Assembly: GCF_009834535.1 (NCBI RefSeq)
Contig: NC_045728.1
Span: 15,066,001 to 15,130,000 of the forward strand
Length of the DNA: 64,000 nucleotides
From: Camelus ferus
Lineage: Eukaryota
Direction of reading: 5' to 3'
Part shown: piece after piece, positions 1-12,810 of the stretch
Position numbering within the stretch: the first letter of the stretch is position 1
Layout: every line of letters starts with the position of its first letter
Position numbers and translations under genes: made by a program
Notes under the pieces: model-generated
Told to the model about the DNA's origin: nothing
The model's database searches: none
What the model saw: the letters and a program-made list of their open reading frames with translations, nothing else

Positions 1-544
1 CCACCCAGGGTTTCTCAGTGGCCCCAGGCTCCCTAGAACAGGCTTGAAGTTAACCATTCTGTGCCACTGCTAATCTGCGGTCCTGACTTTTGGTTCTGAA
101 AATACCGTTTCAAAGATAGAATTAAAGGACAAAAGCAAAAACACTTGACGCTTCCACACCCGTCTGGACCCAGCTGCTGGAGTCGAAGCAGGTCCACAAA
201 GAAAGCCCCATCAGGCTTCCAGAATTAGCGAATACAGGACAGGCACTGGTGGTTTTTTAGCTTCTTTCAAAGGGCAATTTTGGGATGTGGTGTGGTCTGT
301 GTGTGTTTTCATTTATTCTACCAGCTCCAACCTTTATTCTCTGAATGTTCTTCTGGAAAACTTCTCTTCCCTTTATCACGTCATGCAGACCAGAGGGTGA
401 CAAGAAGAACCCCAAGAGCCAGGGAGGGTGGAAGGAAGGTTGGGGGGCACTATATGGTAGGGTCCCCAGTTTGGCTCCTGTGACTCAGAAAGGGGCTGTG
501 GCCTGGTCAGTTTGAAAGGAAGGAGCCCTGTGCAAGCCAACCCC

Positions 545-655
545 TGTGTTACCTGACCCTATCCTTACAACAACCCTACTATTAGGTAGGTGCTGTCCCC
601 CCCCGCCCCATTTTAAAGATGGGCAAACTAAGGCTCGGAAGGATAATACGGAAGG
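545..655 (-). mobile_element. MIR SINE fragment
   Basis: CTTACAACAACCCT...CCCCATTTTAAAGATGGGCAAACTAAGGCTC (MIR core). Confidence 0.65.
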
Positions 656-3600
656 AGGAGGAATCAGGAAACGGCAGCTGCAAGGATCCAAGAACTCACG
701 TAAGTTGATCGCTGTCCATGAAACTGCTCTTTGGAGAGAGGAGAGTGAGGGGAGGAGAGCGGGGTCCCCTCTACGCTGTACCCCCTCCCCCCACCATAGC
801 TGATGGGAGACCAGTGGACCCTCAGGAGAAACACTGGGAAGAAAGGAATCATTTGCTACAATAAATCAAGAGGATCAAGACACAGGGCCCCTCTGCAACC
901 CCAGACCACAGAATTCGTTCCAAGGAGCAGCTTAGAGCTGTCGAAAGGCGCACACGCTCGTGGTCGCAGGGAGCCCCGTGCTCTCGCCCTCCCTTCCACC
1001 CCAAGCCAAACTGCCGTTGACAAAAAGCCCTTCAGTGCTCCCAGTGCCCCCACCTTTTGTAGCAATCCCTGGAAGGCCTGAGTGCACAAACACAGTGCCC
1101 TTTCACTGCTGCCTCTCGGGGCTTCTGTTTCACTGGGGCCCTGAAAGAGAGTACTGTAAATAAAAGAGGCCTGTGTGACCTGCCCTGGCCCCCGGCCCTC
1201 CTCGTCCCCTACTGTAACGGAGCTGCTGGTCAACGCAGCCTCGGAGGCTCCACGCGGGCCCCCACCACCACCCTGCGCCCTGGGCACCACGGGGGCAGGA
1301 AGACAGAGGATGAGGTCCTGGCTGGTTTGGGGGTGTCGACGAGGAGGAGTGCATGGGCCTGGCCAGTCTCAGTGACTTTTAGGCATTTCAGCACTTGTTT
1401 AAATGGCTGCAGGAAGGTCAGCTCAGAACTCCACTGTGTGAGTAGTTTAGGAGAGGGGGAGGGGAGGTCATTTGGTTTTGTTCTCTTTGTCCAGCCAACT
1501 GGACAAAAGCAAGGCGAGGGAGAGTAGGCTGAGAGACCGGAGTCCACCCTGGATCGCAACCGCAGGACCCTGTCCCAGAGAGCTGGAGGAGCAGAAAGGA
1601 ACCGTATCACACTAGGTGTAGTCACATACTTGGCAAAAAAAGTAAAGAAAGAAGATAAGACTGGGGGGAAGGAAAAAGGCACGAGGAAGTACAGAGGTAG
1701 CAAGCAAACTCACACACGTGGGGAAAACAGAGACCAAACCCAACCTGGAGCCGCTGAGACCAGAGCCAGTCAGCAGGGCGTTCACAGAAGTCGGCATCTC
1801 ATGGGCTCGGAGATGAGAATTCACGTCTGTCTGCTATTGGATTGGGCTTGGAGGTTAGTGGGGACAGACATGAGAATACGGTGCAAGGTTCTTTATTAAC
1901 TGTCTCTTGCTGGGCCTCTCTGCAGCCAAATGGCGGTATATGAGGACCTTTAACTACCCCATTACACCCACTGGGGTTTTCACTAACACCACCTTAGGGC
2001 AGGGGGTGGGGGCTCGGCGGGTGGGGAGAGGATGAAATCTGAAACTTGGAGGACAAAACAAATAAGCAGAAACAACAAGGCCAAGACATATTTTGCTTAA
2101 ACTTCCCACCAAGATAAAAACCAGGGAAAAAAGCAGAACCAATCTGAGAGTTTGGCAGGCACAGTAGTTATCTGACAAGAAGAGGTAGGGGAGCCACAGG
2201 GCACACACCCTTATCTCAGCCAGGAGAGCAGAGGCAGGCCGTCTCAGACCTCTCTCCCTGACAGCCCAGGGCTGGCCCACACAGCATCCAAGAGAATGAA
2301 GGCCTTTTTAAAGTCTGAAAATGAGTTTTCTAGGATTGAGGGACTCAAAGGCTGGGTTTCTAAGCCATGGATGGGGAAGTTCTTACCCAGACCTCAGACA
2401 AGCCCCAGACGAGGCCTCAGCCCCCCCAAACTACCTTCTCACCACTCTGAAGTCCAGGCATTTCTATGATGTGGGCTTGGTGGAGGGGAGCCCAGGAACT
2501 CTCTGGCTCAGCCAGGCATCCCTGCTTTGCTTCCCAAGCCGCCGACGGCATCCCAGGGCCAGCCAGGTAAGGCCTCAACTCAGAGAAATGCAGAAGTTCA
2601 AGAGGCTGCCCTGTCTTCCTGCCACCCTCCCTGCATTAGGCCCCAGGAATAAAGCAACGACATTCTTCCTGACCCTCTCAGGCCTTGAGTGACAGGGGTG
2701 GCCTCCCCCTACAGAAGAAGGACCTCAGCAGGACTGCCTCCCAACCACCCCCAGCCTGTCATGGTGGGGACCAGAAGAGAAGAGCAGGTGGAGCCACGTC
2801 TAATGACTCATTAAGGCCAGTCCATCACTCTGGGCCTCAGTTACCTGCCCATGAAATGGGCATGAGAATATTAATACCACTTTTCTCGCCTGAACGCCAT
2901 GAGCAGGACTAGGTGATCTCATGTCCCTTGCAGATCTAAGATCTTGATTATAGAAACAATCTCAGCAGCAAACAAGAGTAGCCAAGTGACCTAGAATCAG
3001 CCACTTCCTGCCCTGAGCCTGCCTGGCTGCTCCAGGGAGGCCCCAAGTAGAGTTAAAGACCCACACCTGCCATCCAGGTGCCTATAAAACCCCTGGACCT
3101 TTACACTGCAAACACCTTGGGGTTTACCTGCAAGGTTTAAAGGAGGGACAAGGGGAGGGGCAGCCCAGCCTCCCTGCCCCTCTTGTCTCCAGATCCAGCT
3201 CATCCTTGTACCAGGCTCACGAATCCTGCAGGGAACACACAGCACTTTGGCAATCCCAGGTGCAAAAGGACGATTCCCCAGTGGACACTTGAGGACTGTA
3301 GCCAGATCGCCATCCCCTCTGCCTTCTTAGCAGCTAACTCAGCAGCCTCTGTCTCTCCCCATCCGAGGCGAGTCTGGAGAGGTGAAGATTTCTAGGAGCC
3401 GAGAGAGAGAGCCCATTCCCTCCCTGGGTCTTGGGGATCAGAGGCACTTTCTACAACTCAACCGCCTGAACACATCATGGGTCATTACCTTGTGCGCCCT
3501 GCCAGGCTGGGCACTGGGATAAAGAAAAGAAAAAGCCACAATCCCCATCCTCATGGAGCTCTCAGTCTTACTGAGCAGAGATGGCATGGAAACCCATGCA

Positions 3601-5224
3601 TTGGCATTCCTGCGCTCAAGGGGCGAGCAGCTGCAGCAAAGTGCTTGCCTGAGTCCCCCCTCAGGATCAGCTCCTCACAGGTTCCCTGAACCCCAGGGAA
3701 ACCCGGACTGTGGAACCAGCAAATGTTCGCCCCCTTGAGACCCGCACTCCTCCCAGCCAAACTCTTTCTGATGCCTTCTCCTCAAAGACCGGTTCTCATC
3801 GGAATGTGGGTCCTGCCTGGGGGTGCTGGAGGAGGGGGGAAGGAGAGGGAGGCTCCAGTTGGAGGGCCTGGCGGTCCTTGGCCCTGGGCAGCCTGCTCAT
3901 TGTCACACAGCAAGTAAACGCAGGTGGTGGTGCGTTAATACCCGCACCTGCACAATAAGGCATTGTGTGTGCACCACCCCTGACCTCCCTTCACATAGCA
4001 TTCGCACTCCCCCAGCCCTTCACTCCTGCCTGGCCTATTCCTACTATAATAAAGATACCAATTGGGACAAATCTGGCACTGATCAAAAGAAGAGGGACAG
4101 AAAAAGGAAAAGATAAAAGAAAAAACTCCAAAGCAAAGATGGTTCTGCTTTGACAACTCCCAAGCCTGGGCTTGCTTTCTGGGTCCCCCTTACTCCCAGC
4201 TTTGCCCTGGTGGTTAACCCTTAGGACCACATTGCAGATATTCAGAAAACCCAGCCCACCCCTGCTCCACAGTAACACCACCATCCATCAGACAACCTCC
4301 AATTCACTAAGCAACGGGGATTCCCGGAACACTTACAGTATCCAGGGCACCATGCTGGGCTCCGGCGGGGCAGCGGAAGTGGAGGAGGGGTGGCTATGGA
4401 ACTGAACGGCACCCAGATCCTACCCACAAAAACTGAGGGCATCTTAGGGAAGAAATGAACAAAAGTGTCAATGATAAAGATCAGGTTCTATCTACACCTC
4501 TCTGGGATGGGGTTCAAAGCAGGGCATCGTATTTCCTATCGGAAGCCAAGGGGAAGACGCACCAAGAAAGGCTGGAGAAGGAGACAGCATTTGCACTCGA
4601 GCTTGAAAGCTCTGGCCCCGGTGCAGTGAGTGGAGAACGTTACGGCAAGTAAAGGAAGGAATGGGAGAAATTCAGTGTGGCAGCAACATGTACTGAGCTG
4701 CCATGTGCCAGGTAATGGACTGAGAGGTCTACAGACGTGAAAAAGATGGTCCCTTCCCTTGAGGGGTGGACATCTTAAGGCACATAGTGAGAAAGGGAAG
4801 CAGAAATGTAGCTGGAGTCTAGGATCCTTGATGGCGCTGAATGCTAACCTAAGAATTCTCTGGTTTATTCTCTAGAAGAGGTAATCGCCACGGTGGGTTT
4901 TTGAGCAAGGCAGCGACATGATCAGAGCTCTGCTTCAGAGGATGTGGGGATAAGCCACAGTCGGGGACACTGCAGGAAGTCTGGTTAGGAGACGGGGAGA
5001 ACCATCTGGTTGAGTGAGAGTGAGGAGACGGGCTGAAGAGGGAAATGGTGATGGAAGGCCAAGGGAAGGTGGGAGCCACAGATGACACCACGGTCTGGAC
5101 GAGAGGGCAGAGCCTCTGGGAGAAGACGAAGACACAGAGAAGATTCAAGAGCAAATTTAGCTGAACTCAGCGCAACGCACACCAAGTGCTAGTTTCAACG
5201 TGTTTGGTTCAACAAGAGGCAAAC

Positions 5225-5466
5225 AGACATAAAACAGATAAACAACAAGGGCCTACTGTATACCCCAGGGAACTATATTCAGTATCTTGTAATAGCCTAT
5301 AATGGAAAAGAATCTGAAAAAGAATATGTATGTGTGTGTGTATATACCTGAATCACCTTGCTGTACACCTGAAACTAACATGTCGTAAATAAGCTATACT
5401 TCAATTAAAAATTTTTTTTCAATTTTTTTAAAGTTCACCAATAAAGATTTAAAAAAAAAAAAAAAA
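5225..5466 (+). mobile_element. L1 3'UTR fragment (cetartiodactyl type) with poly(A)
   Basis: ATAAACAACAAGGGCCTACTGTATA...GAACTATATTCAGTATCTTGTAATAGCCTATAATGG...GCTGTACACCTGAAACTAAC, the same family as the 42.1-kb L1 tail. A16 at 5451-5466. Confidence 0.85.
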
Positions 5467-6719
5467 GAGGTAAACACAGATCCTGCAGAGCTCCAAGTAC
5501 CAGATCACACTGTCCCTAGGGAGGGAGTTTCAGGAAACCCTGAGGCGGGTCCAGAGGACAGGGGGATCGATGTTAGAGTCCAGGAAAGCACACTGCTTTC
5601 GAGAACTAGGATGTCACAAGCGACCTTTGAAAGAACAGCGTCCACAAGATCCAGTGTCCACAGCTGGACCATGATGACACGAGGAGCTCCTTGGGGCTGA
5701 GGAGAGGGACTCTGAAAGCATCTAAGTACTCCCGCAACAGCACCCACCCTGTGGGTGGTCGGGAGGATGAAGTGCGCTTAGGACATAGCGGGCGCTCACT
5801 TAGCCACGATTTCCTGAGTCCCTGCTATGTGTTCAGCAAGGCGTCCAGGAGCCCAGGGAGACCACGATCGCGCCCCTCCCAGCACCTGGGCAGTAGCTGC
5901 AGCAAGAAAACAGAAGCCCCGAGCAGTTTCATAAGAAGGCAGCGGAGCCTATCATGAAACCTGCGTGCACAGACACGCTGCCGGAGACAGACGAGGGGGA
6001 AGCCAGAGGGCCAACCCGCGAGAGGATGCTTCCCAAAGAGGCCCGACCTGGAGACTGTGGAGGAAGGGAAGGACAAGCCAGGTGGCGCTGGGGGTGGGGA
6101 GCAGAAAACGCTCAAAACAAAAGCACTTTCATTCCGAACCCCGCTCTCCTGCAAGTGACCTGACTTCTGGGAGGCCTGGGGCTGGGTTTTGCGCTGCTGC
6201 AGTCATGTTTGCCAAGCGGAGAGCCTGCATGTGAGGAAGGACAGGTAAGCACCAGGTCTAACAGGTACCCTTCAATGTCGCAGGCCAGGGGGCTCCATGG
6301 GGCAGCTCTCTCCCCCACCTCGGTGGGACACAGACGGTGGGCAGGAGTTCAGATGAAGGAGAACTTCAGAAAAAGAGCCCATATCCCATCCAGGCAGCCC
6401 GCAAAGCCTCCGCCACCCCCACCCCAACCCCCAAGACTCAGAGAAGGCTGCGTGGCGCTGAGTGGCCGCATGGCCTCACCTACCCCAGTTCCGTCTGCTA
6501 CTAACATCTCAGTTATCCAGCCTTTAACCAACTAAGCCTTGCAAAGGCCCAGGATTGCTAACACGGCATTCACAGCGCTCCACAACCGGGCGCCAATCCA
6601 TTCTTCCCGCCTGTTCCCCTGACCATCTCACGCTAGCACACTGACCTATATGTGGGACCCCCGCCCCCACCCATACACTGTCACGCCTTTTCTCACCTCC
6701 TAGCTAGAAATGACAGCTC

Positions 6720-6869
6720 CTACCTCAACTTCTCCAAAGCCTCGCCATCCTTCAAGGACTAGCCAAACGCCACCTCCTCCATGAAGTCCTCCTGGAGCAT
6801 CAATCAGGATTGTTCAATTCCTCTCCTTGCTCTCATAGTACCTCACTTGTATAATTGAGTGTACGGTCC

Positions 6870-6918
<49 letters not shown>

Positions 6919-7045
6919 GTGGCTATCATTTGTTTCACTGTGAACTCTTCAGGGGATTTATTAATATCTGTGCACTACCCTATAGAACTTAGCAACCACC
7001 TAGGATACAATAGGTGCTCAGTAAATGTTTTTTTTGAATTGAATA
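6720..7045 (+). mobile_element. L2 3' end interrupted by (AC)n
   Basis: CCACCTCCTCCATGAAGTCCTCC...ACAATAGGTGCTCAGTAAATGTTT..TGAATTGAAT, a typical L2 terminus. Confidence 0.65.
6871..6915. repeat. (AC)22 microsatellite
   Basis: Direct reading of a perfect AC run. Confidence 0.98.
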
Positions 7046-8339
7046 CCCATGGCTAAGTCCTCACTATATTGGGGTGTTCTTTAAACGATGGGTGACCATT
7101 CATTAGTGGGTCTTGATTAGCATCTTTAAATACAACAGGAGAGACAAAACAGAAGATAAAACATCAGAGTCCCAGCCTATAGGACAGATAGACAGAGTTC
7201 CACGGAACCTTTGGTTTGCGGTATGCTTGTGTGCTTCCAGGGTCGGAATGAAAAAACATACTGTTCACCGTGAGCTGCAGCCTCCGTTCTAGGATAAATC
7301 AGCAAATAAAAAAGCAAGTTTTCAGAGGTTTCATCCAAAACGTAACTTCTGGAGAATTCCCAGGGCAGGGCGGCCTGTGTATCACGACACACTCCGTTCA
7401 CTTGCCAGCCTTTCCACAGCTTCAGAACAGAATCATCGTGGTAGGGTTTGGGAATTTGGACAAGAGTCCTCACTCACCGATCATTCTGGTAGGCACTCTA
7501 GACTCTGCCTTCCGAGGCAGAAAGGCAAGGCTCCACGGAAGATTTGTAACTGGCTTGATGACTAAAGGGGGATGTAGGATTAACCCCTGGTTAACCAGCC
7601 CATGTGCCTGAACAACAGTTATCTCAACACTGTATTTTAAACCTAGGAAGCAACATTCTCACAACAGCCAGGGCGTGAAGCCTGCTCCCAAGACTGCCCC
7701 AGGACTGCCTCCTTGGAGAAGGGCACCTGATCCAGGCTCGGCTGCTTCACCTTCCTGACCTCCATCAACTCCCGCCACCTCCACTCCCACCTGCTACCTG
7801 GGAATCCTGCAGTCTGGCCACAGATCTCTAAATCAGTTCAAAAGTCTCCCTCCTCAGGAGCGCTTATCCCTCTAAATAATGAATTTCCCAGCCGTAATTA
7901 ATGCAAAGAAAGGGATGATATACACTGCACTGTTGCTTTAAGTCTAACAGCTAGTTAGACACTTTGAGGGAAGAGCAGCCTCTAGCTAAAGGGTCAGATA
8001 AGCTAAAATCAATATAAGCCACCACCTCGAATCTTTTAAATCACCACCTCCCCTCCCCTGACCATCCCTGAGCCAGACTCCTGCAGTGGACATGGAACAA
8101 CTGCCAAGCCGGCAAACGGCCATCCAATTCAAGCTAATATTCAAAGAGAAATCATCTCCCATCCAACTCCTGATTCTTGTCACCCCCAGTTTCCTCCTCC
8201 AGAAAAAAAAATCACTGGAGTCTCTCTCTGGGAGCAGAGAGCCAAGAACAAGGGAAATAACCTCAGAGCACCCAATGGAAGCAGCAGAAGGGAGACTCTC
8301 AGAGGACATATTAATAGAAGTATAACATGTTAAACAATG

Positions 8340-8620
8340 GAGATGAGTGTCTGGTTCTCCAAATTGGTCAAACCCACCTGATTATGTACATAATCACTCC
8401 TCATATTTGGAGTGATATAAAATTTACAAGTCTGGAAGTACTTAAAAGAGGGTTAGGAGAATGATGAGAGGGATTAAAATCATGGTATATGGGAAACCAC
8501 TGCCTAAATAAGGAGGAGTCATAGCTACCTTACAAATATCTCAGGGGCTGTGACCCAGAGTCTCTGATTCCAGAGAGCAGAAGTAGTGGTGGGGCATTAA
8601 GGACTCTCTGGAAACAGAAT
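8340..8620 (+). mobile_element. Ancient CR1/L3 LINE 3' fragment
   Basis: GATGAGAGGGATTAAAATCATGGTATATGGGAAAC...CATAGCTACCTTACAAATATCTCAGGGGCTGTGA resembles the L3/CR1 consensus 3' end as recalled. Confidence 0.55.
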
Positions 8621-9944
8621 CGGCTGCTCAGGGAACAGTATCACCCCTCTCCCGGCGGGGTCCAAGGAGATGCTAGGTGGCAGGAAGTACCCGAGAGCCT
8701 CAAAATGAAGGTGGCCCACAAAGGTCCCTTCCAATCCATCACCCATCACACGAGGGCAATGCCAGAAGCCAGAGGACTGGGCTCCACTGTCCCTTCAAGG
8801 GCAGGGGACACAGCCCGACGGCTCACCTACCCATTCCGAAAGGGGCTGGGGAGGACGGAAGGAAGAAGACAAAGTAGAATATATTTTCTATCACAGCTCC
8901 CTGGACCCAGCCACCGGGATATTAGAAAAGTCAGCCTGGTGTCGAGGTTCCAGGACAGGCGCTTCCAGTCCAGACCCAGAGCCCCTCCACCCAAACTCTC
9001 AACGCCGGCCTCTGGGGACCGGTGGGTGATAAGCAGGGCAGGAGGGCGTCTTCTCCGCCTGCTTTAGGAATTGCTTGTTTCGTGCTGTTTTGGGTTACGG
9101 GGGTAGGTGCCAAGCAAGACTGTCCCCCTTTTCAGCTTCTNNNNNNNNNNNNNNNNNNNNNNNNNNNNNNNNNNNNNNNNNNNNNNNNNNNNNNNNNNNN
9201 NNNNNNNNNNNNNNNNNNNNNNNNNNNNNNNNNNNNNNNNNNNNNNNNNNNNNNNNNNNNNNNNNNNNNNNNNNNNNNNNNNNNNNNNNNNNNNNNNNNN
9301 NNNNGCCCGCTGCTCCGTTGAGGTTAGCAGTTAACCAGGGGCCGGGAGCCGCGGGGCCAACAGACCGAGCCCCTCTTACACAACCCGGCCCTTATCTCCC
9401 CGAGCCGCTGTCACTCTGCAGACACGGCCTCGGGCTCCAACCACAGCCCAGACTGGCCCACGGGAGATACCAGCCCTCCGCTCGCTATCAGGGAGGCAAG
9501 CAGGGCGCCGGACGGTTAGGCTGAACGCAGGCACTCGGGTTTCTATTAAAAGAGAGTCAGACGGTAACAGTCTGGCTGGCCAGCTCCGGAGTGTCATTTC
9601 CTTTGATCCCACAGCTGAATCCCCCTATCCCTGATGCACCCTCCCTCAGGCCCTCTGGCCACCGAAGACAAGTGGCAAGGGTCCACTTCCTGTCATTTCA
9701 TCCAATCTTGGTAGATGCCGGGGCAAGAGCCAGGAAGAGGGGCTGACGATCACCCTCTAACCCAACTCCTTTTCAGACTGACTCTTGATGGTGGAAACAG
9801 AGCCCGGGGTGGCAGGACACAGGCCACAGGACCCAAGTGGACGAAATAATCAGCGGGGAGAGCGCTGACCACATCACACTCCTTCTCAAACGCCTTCAGA
9901 GGCTCCCAACTGTCCCAGAATAAAGTCCAAAGACTCACAACAGT

Positions 9945-10130
9945 TACATTTATTGAGCAACTACCTCGTTCCAGGCACCGTGCAGACGGGGCTAACTGCG
10001 TTATCTGAAATCCTCAGGCTCGCCCTCACGGTATCCCACACGATAACCCCACCGTAGGGATGAGGAAACCATGGTTCGCAGTGTTTCAGGCACGGGGCCA
10101 AGATCCTAGTTTGCAAGTGGCAGCATGAAC
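9945..10130 (-). mobile_element. MIR SINE
   Basis: ACATTTATTGAGCAACTAC...CCAGGCACCGTG...GATGAGGAAACC. Confidence 0.65.
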
Positions 10131-12689
10131 GTCTGCCCTCAGGTCCGCCCACGTTCCCTCCATTCCCCGGGCTGGCCTGGAATTTCTGGCACCTCCATCT
10201 GACCTCAACCTACCATTCCAGTATTAATCACCCTGATTCCAGCCAAAGGAAGTTACTTTCTCCAGGACCCCAGCATTGATCACAATTGCAATGCCACAGT
10301 TTTTCAAAGGAACACCAGCTAAATCTCTCTCTCCCCCACTTACAAAGTCCCACAAGGGGAGAGGCTCTGTTTCTCTTGCTCGTTTGACTTGTTTGACTGA
10401 ATTCCCAGGGCCTCACCTGGTGCCCAGCATGCAGTAAGTGTTCAACAAATTGTTTTTAATTAAAAATGAATCCCTCCAGGTGGAAGGTATTTCATCTCTG
10501 AATTTCCTTGTGCTTTTTCTGTATACCTGCCATCAGCTTTCCATTTCCTACTTTGTCTCATTGCTATCAACATACACATACACATTTTAAGTATTTTAAC
10601 TCCTCTGCTCAAATTATAAGCTCCTCGAGGACAAGTCCCTGGTCTTAATTAATACTCAAACCCCCTAGCAGTGCACTGCCTGTACCTCTAAAGGACCCAG
10701 TGCACGTCAGTCTATCAGGCTGAGTAGCAGAGAGGTTAATGAGTATCCCACGAGGCCAGCCACCATGCCAAAATCCACCAGCATATCCAGCGATTTGAAA
10801 CTGCTCTCAAGTCAGATTCTATTTTTATTTCTTCCTTGGTGGAAGCGGGGAACAGACCTGGGCGGTTAGAGGCAAGTCTGTGAAGCAGGAATTAAAGCAG
10901 GCAAAAAATGAGAGAGATGGGTTCTCGTCCTCACTAGTTTGCTGTGTGACCTTGGGCAAATCACCGAGCCTCTCTGGACCTCCACTTAGTTCCCCCTAAA
11001 TGAGCATGTTGAAATAAACAATTTTATGGGCCCTTCCAGCTCTAACAGACTACGATTTTTGGTCACCTTGAGAACCCACAGCTGCAAAGCAGGTGGAGAG
11101 CTGTGAGCGCTTTCCCTCAACAGGTGATGAGAAGAAGGATGAGGACAGGGCCACTCAGAAGCCCCCCTCGCACTATTCCTCAACCTTCCAAAAATAAACA
11201 AACCCTCGCTAGTGAATAAGCCAGGCCCTCACATTAGGAAGGGTGACAACCAGGATTTGAATATAGATCGGAAGGAAATAAAAGGGAGAAAGCAGATCCT
11301 GAAATGGATTTTCAGTAAATAACTTCCCTCGGGTGAAGCCTGAGTTTTTTTCCACATATGTTTCCTTTCACAGATCCAGTTTGGGAGCCTTCAAATTAGC
11401 ACAACCTGGCCTTAAATCCCGTGCAAAACACATAGTAAGCGTTTTGCTTTTATTTATGCCATCAATGGTTTCAATGGGATGACTCATCCTTCCTCTTTAA
11501 CACTCTGTTCTAATACGGTTTACTATAAATAATGCAGAGGAGCGAGGAGAGAAAGGGAAAGAGCCCCGGCCCTGGGCCCCTGCACGGCCAGGTCACAGAA
11601 GATCCAGGTCTGATCCACGCTCCCACGGTGAATCTGAGCTTGACTGACAGCCCAGGGGCGGTTCCCATGGAGAGGAAAAGCAAATACTCCTCCCCTCTGC
11701 CCTCCAGGTGTCCAGGGCAAGTAAGGTTGTTAGAACCGGGGACTAACCACGCTGAGGATGTGCCAGGTACCAGGTTAGGACTTTAACACGCGAGCTCCTT
11801 TAACCTGCCAGAGACGTCCCGAGAGATGAAATCTGGATCCACACTCAGGCCACCCAGCCTCCTGTGCCTACTCCCTGGGCGTGTACGTGTCAGAACTCAA
11901 TCCATCCTTCCCCACCCCAAGCAACATCTGCTCGTGGTGGTCTAGATTTTTTTTTTTTTAACACCAGAAGTGCCTCTCGGGAGCCCAAACTCACAGGAGG
12001 CCAAACCCCAAGTGCAGAAACATTACAGCAAGGAGAGGAGTCTGCCCCGGGCCCAGGTGATCCACAGCAGCGGTTGGAAATCACAAGCCCCTTGGTCTTG
12101 TCCACTCCCCACCCAAGAAGTAAGGCTGACGTTCACCCCGGGGTGCAGCTGACAAGCCCCCTGTACACACTCTTCCCAGAATCTACCTTCAGAGTCTGCC
12201 GCGGTCACCAACGTCATCACGCACTACAGTCACCAGATTGGTCACGGAATTATTTGACCGTTTCCCAAAGTCAAATCTGCCCTCCCGAAGGACAAGGCAA
12301 AAGAATGTGGCACAGACTTCGGAAAGGATTCCGAAAGAGGAGCTCCAAAATGTCTGGGGCCGTGGCCACATCACGGGAGTAAGTGATCACTTATTAGATT
12401 ATGGAGGCTTCTTCAGAACAGCAATAGTGCTTCCCAAATGGGGACCTTTATATTCCCAAGGCACTTTAATTATTCACCTATTATTTCACCCGTGGCTGCC
12501 TGCACGGGGCCAGTAGTATCATCAGTTTAGCAGCGCCCGAAACAAAAGATTTCACTGGTTCCTTTCACAGTTGCTCCCCTGGGCCAGAGCCGCAGGCTTC
12601 CAGTTCTAAAGCCCAGTCCTGCCCGTTTACAAAGTACCTTCAGTTTGCTATTCACTTGATACATATTTTATCCACATAACCACTTAAAA

Positions 12690-12810
12690 CGTGTTAGCCT
12701 CATTTTTTTTTTCTTTACAGAGCAAAGAAATGGGGGCTCAGAAAGGCTAAGTAACTTGTTCAGGGCATGAAGTTAGTAAATTCTGGAGCCTGGGTTTTCA
12801 TCCAGGCCGT
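12690..12810 (-). mobile_element. MIR SINE fragment
   Basis: TTTACAGA...GGCTCAGAAAGGCTAAGTAACTTGTTCAGGGC. Confidence 0.62.
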
